IMG/VR virus record: IMGVR_UViG_3300027736_000023
From: an uncultured virus (IMG/VR IMGVR_UViG_3300027736_000023)
Lineage: Duplodnaviria; Heunggongvirae; Uroviricota; Caudoviricetes
DNA: 20,000 bases
Strand: one strand, 5' to 3'
Part shown: positions 12,101 to 17,597 of the stretch, one piece after another
How positions within the stretch are numbered: position 1 is the first letter of the stretch
How the letters are laid out: every line of letters starts with the position of its first letter
Translations under genes and position numbers: made by a program
The notes under the pieces: model-generated
The model's database searches: none
Told to the model about the DNA's origin: nothing
What the model saw: the letters and a program-made list of their open reading frames with translations, nothing else

Positions 12101-12247
12101 GTAAGTAACGGATATGCACTAGACTCAAATTTTATTCAAATAAATAACACAGGTTCCGCAATATTAACTGGCTCAATACCAACTGGCTTAATACCAAATG
12201 GCTCAGGATTTAGCGTAGTTCCAAAATTAAAAATTAACTATATTTAA
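6104..12247 (+). CDS. Very large putative virion structural protein (baseplate/tail-associated), 2047 aa, TTG start
   Basis: 6.1 kb open frame. An in-frame TAA at 6098-6100 precedes TTG 6104, and the first in-frame ATG is only at 7031 (aa 310). Aromatic-rich blocks (SFGLIRTNPKLTSNVKL, ISKWG..DARGNPYRLN, THEWFYIE, RYSGEY, SSWDFNY) alternate with low-complexity inserts. The stop overlaps the next start (TAATG). Confidence 0.6.
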   Translation: MSTNISYTKLADRNVSFGLIRTNPKLTSNVKLTVDSAGDLWLNSIDATNELANRKYKKFRVNPNSNHPVNIYKFYDYGNTPSNISFALGSTINTDSVASNLKDQYDFDLYSSGAKYLTSRLYDEKFSYFAPLYLDKVLPEYFVIFKIPGASNYTVGEWKSKLADPNFSKSDFALDLFKNAKAVETILIDETTNIGKYIRRIQLDKQYNKNPLYINFKNDANSTYRGLSITSGTYTEIPLLLNLNRSIPQLRLEKNIISGFENNNLIYPRILNLEFLFNDLISPEYEINRYFGIYCNSIDLEEFDIDIPAMYNATEDNLNSLMTIYKQSDTISYNLTNQNGVVLRGTNVESDLSYLNSALSNKDLLYFPYLKTKDRELHLLNIKAPNYSIPTFSQTGQTVIFSVDDTSFDIGKTFGAGDLFSQEPAVKYSLDTRAAVSITINSIPAHLDVLRIYHPAGSIFNNSESHSKYDDIVFVNNYFTSVDTKYSLEYPTISIVNFNTSDPNSGSPTFSPNTSELIGTQYKSSINGSKWIWNGNSYIPGVLGSRIYVNINNAEINSVGFTDLTQLAQTIATIVNNFTNTTLLGSSITNSVFIQVSEPGHSYPDLAIKYISPTSRIYINGKNTADIVYADGGFAKMNQPVISFANIENIKAELPNIIVKTATDWSKINRICNSTSILNSKLTESTLSNYLNTATLILEDNEEVQITYNSIELRKIVKPKLGILSMFEIKDFNFEYHSTQYSKIPEIDLYQYYYIPKDIAILDFTKYVYRAIGSGIILVNETQYTISVGSTQYISQSLLGLHKYSVLSGNVILIQTNLIPQNQAAQRLDIAILDQDQNFQNFTGFFGFGADHSAPDPNSTTYQYKEKFKTNNLISEYAAYLENYSTEFANDSKIIPYISKWGIIDSTDARGNPYRLNSDILFGKDNFGPSHREKSPNAEKLTHEWFYIESDFNYSSNIDLLKENYYYFNSPLDINLLISEASYFEKYFTYVPTLDNIELDFPQFRYSKLMNNSFSRQYNTLFNGIQFKFSELDKEGLVLPGTTRFEDYNFSILLKPVPEDLINPQSPIKYRVIENINAKSILILIEVALGDISKISNELLSIPTDSDFARDNRVDQSNILTGNGLITEDQISSFQIDTIVDVTSPDPVKKLYTNNYYLDLIEAFTGATVTDAITGESIVNDRVNGVYVPKAGETALVKYTDTHSIILAFSESKLFNEIESGNITNGSVNNKNLDQKFDTSKILPAYISTAISPGIYGPSNLPLPEPKSVIYLVKVVDYRSIGFPPTLTGLSKLNLNIVKPALLSIFGDYRISFNSNGVSNLTYAFLYAATDKKYNTTASAFSTVKLAVGVDLSPGSMKLTENGYFIPGANLKNLPKNYFKLEEFINPSSASHSTLTTPTNGDIAPLPAFSPLMFINSIGEISILLKTSAEFNNNLTNTSLDISRSGATTHALKTVNNNLLIIDSPTVIYDILSEVIPSITSGTTTTTTLAGGVTTTTTTVISQLNLAINYVGQSVITKSFTLPSKFKIGDIVKIYAIAQPTVHYLIGAVTSVTETVSNTGNFYKLTVSVRSQTTANTSHVPDWGITCTQNIIVLKPAVVTNASTGVNQITLNKSNFPSGSSPEWLLNTQQFQLFGGKNYFLNLFKNLSFANFSELLLNNSDLISFESYMDGKLLPGKQIQISIEQADQVNKTTIISTGPEFVQTASQQLMGGVIHKESVSIPYEIFRYSGEYDIVYKPVSGFKFNSKLGSTDLSAANVFFNTEIKNFFTIPEFYLVKYAESKILDFEDSDTYLPVYPLINESPIDKTSYNTLSSSWDFNYHRLYTTKTDYTLIPGSRRITEDYSFVSKLINLPMSLTAESFNAVQVTTTNFEITDAQFKQLTVNGQAVDIIYATFQNEIRLKINLELIISKALITNGLRFQFNKFFRKDGNSILTTDPLVFGTLTQEQYLLNYCKDNLSKLYTLDLAEFYIKGINSPIINDTFVNTKFINFSQVSYDNLVSNGYALDSNFIQINNTGSAILTGSIPTGLIPNGSGFSVVPKLKINYI
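10547..10603 (+). repeat. Duplicated poly-Thr linker (GTTTTTTLAGGVTTTTTTV) within the 2047-aa gene
   Basis: Two runs of six ACN codons separated by CTA GCC GGT GGT GTA. Confidence 0.85.
12140..12146 (+). promoter_or_regulatory. Possible internal late promoter for the tail fibre gene
   Basis: TCAAATAAATAA (12136-12147) is identical over 12 nt to the - strand promoter context at 15468-15457. It lies approx 100 nt before ATG 12247, inside the upstream CDS. Confidence 0.35.
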
Positions 12248-14646
12248 TGGCAATAAACATCAACCTAAAAGAAGTATTTTCAAACGATAGTGCTGGAGAC
12301 ATTTCATCTAAATTAAATTTTAATTTTAATCAGCTGCTTGCACTAGGTGTAGGCCAAGGCGGTCTACCTGGAGAAACTGGATCAAGCGGTTCAGCTGGAC
12401 CAATTGGACCAACTGGCCTGCCTGGAACAAATGGTCCAGTGATTTGGTCATCTACTAGTGGATCAACCTCAGCGCTAGGAGCAAGCTCGCCTGCAAATTC
12501 AGTAGTTGGCGACTATTACATTAGCGATACTGCGATTTATAAAAAAAATGAAGCTGGTACAAATTGGGAAGTTATTACAAATTTTAGTAATATATTTAAT
12601 GCAGTTTCGGTAGCCGGCACAGTCTCATGGCAAACTGGCATAAACAGTTCTGCTATTTCTAGACTTATTGTAAATACTAGAAATTCAAATGGCATTGACC
12701 GAATTACTACTCTTGGAACCAGCGGAAACTATACTACAAATTTTCCAAATTGGAAAGCCTCAGACGCTACTTCTCAAAATTCACAAGCTACACTTTTTAA
12801 TTTTGATGCAAATACCGTAAAATATTATATTGCAGGTAGTGCTGATACTAATGGATATACGGTTACGCCGACTACCCTTAGGGCAGGTAATGCATTAACC
12901 GATGAGGTTTTTCCGTATACTTCACTACTTTCTCTATATTCATTTTTTAATAGCGCAGATGCACCAACCGAATCAAGTCAATATTCTGGAAATATTGGAT
13001 ATAGACATCAACTTGAATTAGGGTCAGTTGACGAATTGACTGAGGGTTTACATGGAACTGCTGGTACAAGTTCAACCTATGTAGTAAGTCCAACCTATCA
13101 AAATTTAAGAATTAGAAAATATAGAATGGCAGATACTAGTGGAAGTTTTGGTGGAAATAGTGTTATTCTAACTGATTTTAATCTACATGCAGCGGATGGA
13201 ATAACTACACCAGCCCTAACCTCAAAAATGAAATGGAGAGTTAATAAAAAAACCTCTGCAACTAATAGTACAGGTTCAGTAATTACCATGACGTTAAATC
13301 CTGGAATAACTGAGGCTAGTGCAAGCGATAGCATTAAAACAAGTTCAATTTCTGGAGTTGATGGTATTCATTTAGTATCTAGCGAAGGCCCATTTAAATT
13401 AGCAATAGGGTTTGACTCAACTAATATTGCTAATAGTACAAAAAAGGCTATAATTAGTTCAGACGGTACAGACACCTTAACTTCAATTACATTTGCTAAA
13501 TTACCAATTACTGTAACCAATTCATCTGCTAATATTACATTGGCGACTACTGGAATTACCTCAAATTCAGCTATTACAATTTCATCAACTGCTACCCCAG
13601 GTGCAGGCACTGATAGTATAGTACTAAGCACAAATAGTGGCGGCGATATAGGTTTATATTCTGGGACAAGCGGTAACTCTATTAGAATTGGAGGAACTAA
13701 GGCCAATCCAGCAATTACTATTTTAAATACCAGATTAGCAAGTGCCATTCCATTTGCAACCTCTACTGGTACAGTTCCTACCTATTCAAGCAGTGATGCA
13801 AATACTCTCGACGAATATCAGGAAGGTACATTTGTGCCAACAATTAGCTATTTATACAATGGCAGCCCTAAGGCTCTAAGAACAAGCGGCTCTGGTGTAT
13901 TAAGTGCAAATTCTCCAACTATTAGTCAAAACTATGGAATTTATACAAAAATTGGAAAATTAATTCAATTTACACTTAAATTTTCAATATCAAATTGGTA
14001 CATCAATAATACTTCATCTTTAGCCCCGAGCGATGACAATCCAGCCGGTGGTGCACAGGCTCCGCTTAATGCATTTACCTCATATGATAATATTGATGCA
14101 TTAGATGTTGGAAATATTGCGAATGATACACCATCTGGTACTTGGCATCACTATTACGGTCGAGAACAATATCAACTTGCAATATCTGGAATACCAAATC
14201 ATTTTCCTGATCTTAACGGAACTGGCCAAAGCGGCTATGGAACAGCAGATATGCAATTTAAGGTTTCATTAAATCCAAGAAATACTTCAAATACAGCCGC
14301 GTGTATTAGAACCTTCCCAATGGACTATTCTTTTGGAGGAACGGGCGGAGTTGGAACAAGTGGCAAGTCAACTCATCCATTTGAAGCGATTGATCCATCT
14401 TCTATTTATGCAAAAATTGTTAGAACTGATCAGGGAACTCAAAATGTTTATCCTGAACTTAGACTATATGGTAATCGTAAAAGTTATTCTGCAAATCCTA
14501 CCCTTTTAAATAACGTAAGTGGAATACGCTCAAACGTATCAATTTATGATTTTTTAACCATTAATAATCAATCAGAAGCCAACGGTAATACAATTGATGT
14601 TGTTATAAGCGGTAGTTATTTAACTGGGCATACGCAAGCCGTTTAA
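12247..14646 (+). CDS. Tail fibre / receptor-binding-like protein with collagen-like repeat, 799 aa
   Basis: N-terminal 'SKLNFNFNQLL' resembles the KINxNF attachment motif of T4 gp9/gp10-type and fibre N-termini. It has 10 Gly-X-Y triplets and a Gly/Ser/Thr-rich shaft. The 'DANTLDEYQEGTFVPT...GIYTKIGKLI' module matches the common phage fibre motif 'ALDDYEEGTWTP...YTKIG'. Confidence 0.8.
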   Translation: MAININLKEVFSNDSAGDISSKLNFNFNQLLALGVGQGGLPGETGSSGSAGPIGPTGLPGTNGPVIWSSTSGSTSALGASSPANSVVGDYYISDTAIYKKNEAGTNWEVITNFSNIFNAVSVAGTVSWQTGINSSAISRLIVNTRNSNGIDRITTLGTSGNYTTNFPNWKASDATSQNSQATLFNFDANTVKYYIAGSADTNGYTVTPTTLRAGNALTDEVFPYTSLLSLYSFFNSADAPTESSQYSGNIGYRHQLELGSVDELTEGLHGTAGTSSTYVVSPTYQNLRIRKYRMADTSGSFGGNSVILTDFNLHAADGITTPALTSKMKWRVNKKTSATNSTGSVITMTLNPGITEASASDSIKTSSISGVDGIHLVSSEGPFKLAIGFDSTNIANSTKKAIISSDGTDTLTSITFAKLPITVTNSSANITLATTGITSNSAITISSTATPGAGTDSIVLSTNSGGDIGLYSGTSGNSIRIGGTKANPAITILNTRLASAIPFATSTGTVPTYSSSDANTLDEYQEGTFVPTISYLYNGSPKALRTSGSGVLSANSPTISQNYGIYTKIGKLIQFTLKFSISNWYINNTSSLAPSDDNPAGGAQAPLNAFTSYDNIDALDVGNIANDTPSGTWHHYYGREQYQLAISGIPNHFPDLNGTGQSGYGTADMQFKVSLNPRNTSNTAACIRTFPMDYSFGGTGGVGTSGKSTHPFEAIDPSSIYAKIVRTDQGTQNVYPELRLYGNRKSYSANPTLLNNVSGIRSNVSIYDFLTINNQSEANGNTIDVVISGSYLTGHTQAV
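12352..12441 (+). repeat. Collagen-like (Gly-X-Y)10 coding repeat
   Basis: GQG GLP GET GSS GSA GPI GPT GLP GTN GPV, residues 36-65 of the 799-aa ORF. Confidence 0.9.
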
Positions 14647-15437
14647 ACCTTTAATTTAAATGGAATGCTCTTTTGCTTTTCCAATAGTCTATGGAAATCT
14701 AACAGAGCATTTGCATCAAAGCCATGCAACTGATTCATAATTCGATTTAATAAAATTGTATCTTTTGCTAAATAAATTCGGTTTATTGGATCTATATTAA
14801 GTCCGCCGCCAATTACCATTACATTTTTATCAGGATCAAAATCGTTAAGTAGTGGCATCTCTTTTAATAGTCGGTCTTTAAATTTATTTTCTTTTAAATT
14901 AGGTAATTTAATAGTTTTCATTACTGATACCGAATATCCAAGATTTCTAGTACTTTTTAAATTTAACTTAATAATTTCATAGTGATCTGGCTCAAGCGTT
15001 TTACACACTAAATAAACCCGGTCTTGATTATGAATCCAGGAATTATTAAAATAAAAATGTATTTTTTCTAAACTTAATATCTGTTTCTCTAAATATTCAG
15101 TCATTGTCTCTGCTAAAATTAACGAAGTTTCTTTGATAATTTCTTTACCTAGACTATCTGTCTTTTGAGAAAGCTGGGAAATAACTGATAATAAATTAAT
15201 ATTTGTATTAACCACATTAAGACCAGAATCATATAATTTACCATCTGATATAATTGTATTAATGTTTAAATAGTGAAAAACAATTTCATAAAAATTATCA
15301 AATTTTCCAAGTTCTAGATTTTTAAGATATGCCTGTTTTGCCCCAAGAAGAAGATATGTATAATATTCAAGGTCGACTTTATATGCTTGACAGATCCAGG
15401 TAGGGTCAAGTATTTGTTTAGGGTTTAGAGATTTCAT
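14643..15437 (-). CDS. Hypothetical protein, approx 264 aa (start revised from 15521 to ATG 15437, MKSLNPKQILDPTW...)
   Basis: The ORF-track start at 15521 overlaps the divergent gene start at 15516 and runs through both promoter-like motifs. Met29 (15437) lies 20 nt downstream of a - strand ATAAATA. The N-terminus 'LDPTW...VDLEYYTYLLLGA...YEIVFHYLN' resembles a hypothetical family that I recall from Bacteroidota and large phages (W..IDFEYKKY.LLAY...FHY.N); this is unverified. Confidence 0.75.
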   Translation of the reverse strand: MKSLNPKQILDPTWICQAYKVDLEYYTYLLLGAKQAYLKNLELGKFDNFYEIVFHYLNINTIISDGKLYDSGLNVVNTNINLLSVISQLSQKTDSLGKEIIKETSLILAETMTEYLEKQILSLEKIHFYFNNSWIHNQDRVYLVCKTLEPDHYEIIKLNLKSTRNLGYSVSVMKTIKLPNLKENKFKDRLLKEMPLLNDFDPDKNVMVIGGGLNIDPINRIYLAKDTILLNRIMNQLHGFDANALLDFHRLLEKQKSIPFKLKV

Positions 15438-15457
15438 AAAGTAACCCAGTTTATTAT

Positions 15458-15464
15458 TATTTAT
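15458..15464 (-). promoter_or_regulatory. T4 late-promoter-like motif (aATAAATAa) upstream of the - strand gene
   Basis: The + strand reads TATTTAT, which is ATAAATA on the - strand, 20 nt before ATG 15437. Confidence 0.55.
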
Positions 15465-15491
15465 TTGAGAGGTATTTCCGGTAACACTGGG

Positions 15492-15498
15492 ATAAATA
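15492..15498 (+). promoter_or_regulatory. T4 late-promoter-like motif (gATAAATAa) upstream of the neck gene
   Basis: Matches 7 of 8 bases of the T4 late promoter TATAAATA; intergenic, 17 nt before ATG 15516. Confidence 0.6.
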
Positions 15499-15515
15499 AC
15501 AAAAAGATGGTTTAA

Positions 15516-17585
15516 ATGCAAATTGTAGCTTATAAAATAATACCAGACGTATCTAAAAATTCAATTAGTTTCAGTAAAAATTACAGGATTTTTTCAACCG
15601 GAGAACCATTAGAGCAGGCAATTCAAATAACTGGGTTTGTTGATGATATTGACTTGGGTTCAGCCAATTCAACCTACCTTATTAGAAAATTAAGATATTC
15701 AACAGATAAGGCCAACTGGTCGCTATGGTATTCATTTACTGAAGACAATTTAACTAATTTAACAGATTTAGCATTCTCAGAATCTAATATTTTCTTTGAG
15801 GTTAAATATGAATATGACGACTCTACGTATAGTGCAATCACAACCCCATTAGCTGTAAATGAAATAAAAATTAGAGTTAAGAGTTCTAAAATACAGGCTG
15901 ATTTATTTACACCAACCACATATTGTTCATCAGAACAGTGTCCGGCCCTAATTGCCGAACGTGAAGCAAGCTTTAAACCATATGAAATTAATACAGCAAT
16001 CGGAATTGCTCATGAATTAAGCTTTCAAACCAATAAATTATTTGGGCATGAGGTTATCTATTTTAAAACTGAGCCAGATAGAGAAGGAACTGATTTTATA
16101 TTTAAAGAATATACCTTATTTAAAACAACAGACCGCCAGTGTATTAAAATACTGGTACCTGACAATAAATTCCCAGATAATAAGCCGAACTTTACTGATT
16201 TTGGAGTTGATTTTGCAATGGATGTACCATTTGAAATTCATATTGATAATACCTATTTTCAAATGATTTTTGGAAAAAAGTCTCAGCCTAGAAAACGCGA
16301 CTACATATTTATTCCATTGGTAAATAGAATGTACGAAATACAGGGTTCATATCTATATAGAGGATTTGGACTAGAGCCAATCTATTGGAAAATCCAACTG
16401 GTTAAATTTAATCCAAATATTGATATGTTTATGAAAGCCGCAGATCGAACGTTTTTAGATAATATTATTGTATCGACTGAGCAATTATTTGGAGCAGAGG
16501 CTGAAGTTCAGAAAAAAGATGCACTTAACAAACAGCAATTTTCTACTATTTCTACCAAGTTTGATGAATCCAGACAAAGATTACACCCAGACATAAAAAA
16601 TAAAATTTTAGATATTACTTTTAACTATTCTCCACTAATTGAATATTATTATGACCTGAGCGGAGTATTGCCTGCACTCGTTAATTATACATTAACCGAA
16701 TCTGCATCGTCCTCTGCTCAAATATTGACAACAACCTCTCCATATGAAGTTTATGCATATGAATCCAGTAATATTTTTAGTAATTGGCTATCAAACAATT
16801 TGGTTACTGGTGATGCTGCTGTAATTAATGCAACCCAAAATGCGGTAATTAAAATGAATGGCCCAAAAGATTCATTTACTGCTTCTGGTAAATATGTAGT
16901 GGTTGAGGGTTATAAAAACCTTGGCCTAAAATCAACTGAGCGTAGAAATTTAGTAGCCACGGCTAATGTAATTCAACTTAAGCAGGCTGAGCATGCAATT
17001 GTCTATAAAAAGCCAGCCTCAACTACTGATACTCCAAATATGACATTTAGCGCAATTGTTAACTTTAATAGGGTTGCCCAGAATGTGATATTTTTTAGAG
17101 GATATGATGATTATACACAAAAAGGATTAGTCATCTCAGGCACAATTGTAGATAACTCAGGTGTACCTAATCTAACCATTTATGTCAAAATAAATGAAAC
17201 TCAATATTCATTTCCAGTAGGTAATATTGAATATTTAAAATGGTATCCACTAATTGTTCCAATTTCATCTGAATTTAATCAACTTGAGGTTAATATGTAC
17301 TCCCTAAGACAGGACCCTGCGAATATTAAAAACTTTAATAAAATTCTTCCAGTGTATTCACATTATGTAAAAACTCAAGCCTTTGCTTTTAATACAACTT
17401 CATCTTGGTCAATTCCTAGTGCTAATTATTCAATTGCAAATATTAGACTATTTAATACAATGATCCAGACTGAAGATCATGAATTTATTGTAAGTCAACT
17501 GTTTATTAGGGATGAATCTGTTCTTTCAATAATTGATAATGCCCGACCTAGATTAAATATTCCATTTATTGGAATTAATAGATAA
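15516..17585 (+). CDS. T4 gp14-like neck (head completion) protein with extra N-terminal beta domain and C-terminal LamG/ConA-like domain, 689 aa
   Basis: The core (approx 15970-16415) 'FGHEVIYF..PDREGTDFIFKE...FTDFGVDF..PFEIHID..F....QPRKRDYIFIPLVNRMYEIQ' aligns by eye with T4 gp14 '[20 protein letters not shown]...FSNFGMQ....I....F....[20 protein letters not shown]'. The C-terminus 'MTFSAIVNF...KWYPLIV...IANIRLFN' fits the LamG pattern. Confidence 0.75.
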   Translation: MQIVAYKIIPDVSKNSISFSKNYRIFSTGEPLEQAIQITGFVDDIDLGSANSTYLIRKLRYSTDKANWSLWYSFTEDNLTNLTDLAFSESNIFFEVKYEYDDSTYSAITTPLAVNEIKIRVKSSKIQADLFTPTTYCSSEQCPALIAEREASFKPYEINTAIGIAHELSFQTNKLFGHEVIYFKTEPDREGTDFIFKEYTLFKTTDRQCIKILVPDNKFPDNKPNFTDFGVDFAMDVPFEIHIDNTYFQMIFGKKSQPRKRDYIFIPLVNRMYEIQGSYLYRGFGLEPIYWKIQLVKFNPNIDMFMKAADRTFLDNIIVSTEQLFGAEAEVQKKDALNKQQFSTISTKFDESRQRLHPDIKNKILDITFNYSPLIEYYYDLSGVLPALVNYTLTESASSSAQILTTTSPYEVYAYESSNIFSNWLSNNLVTGDAAVINATQNAVIKMNGPKDSFTASGKYVVVEGYKNLGLKSTERRNLVATANVIQLKQAEHAIVYKKPASTTDTPNMTFSAIVNFNRVAQNVIFFRGYDDYTQKGLVISGTIVDNSGVPNLTIYVKINETQYSFPVGNIEYLKWYPLIVPISSEFNQLEVNMYSLRQDPANIKNFNKILPVYSHYVKTQAFAFNTTSSWSIPSANYSIANIRLFNTMIQTEDHEFIVSQLFIRDESVLSIIDNARPRLNIPFIGINR

Positions 17586-17588
17586 ATA
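17582..17588 (+). promoter_or_regulatory. T4 late-promoter-like motif (gATAAATAc) upstream of the amidoligase
   Basis: Overlaps the neck gene stop codon (TAA 17583-17585) and ends 9 nt before ATG 17598. Confidence 0.55.
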
Positions 17589-17597
17589 CTATAAGAT

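Noticed and set aside
6104..12247. Intein or tape-measure identity for the 2047-aa protein
   Set aside because: No Hint or LAGLIDADG motifs were recognised. The composition is beta-rich and aromatic rather than the Ala-rich helical repeats of tape measure proteins.
13098..13748. Two hydrophobic-looking - strand ORFs (78 and 126 aa)
   Set aside because: The Val/Leu richness is the reverse-complement effect of Thr/Ser/Asn codons in the fibre gene, so these are not credible membrane proteins or holins.
12247..14646. Diversity-generating retroelement or invertible cassette targeting the fibre tip
   Set aside because: No reverse transcriptase, recombinase, template/variable repeat pair or flanking inverted repeats were seen in the window.
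15438..15521. N-terminal 28 codons of the 292-aa ORF as called in the track
   Set aside because: They overlap the divergent gene start and both promoter motifs; Met29 is the more plausible start.
15674..16266. ORFs 15674..15919 (-) and 16042..16266 (+, alternative frame)
   Set aside because: Nested in the neck gene over or near its conserved core, short, and without motifs.
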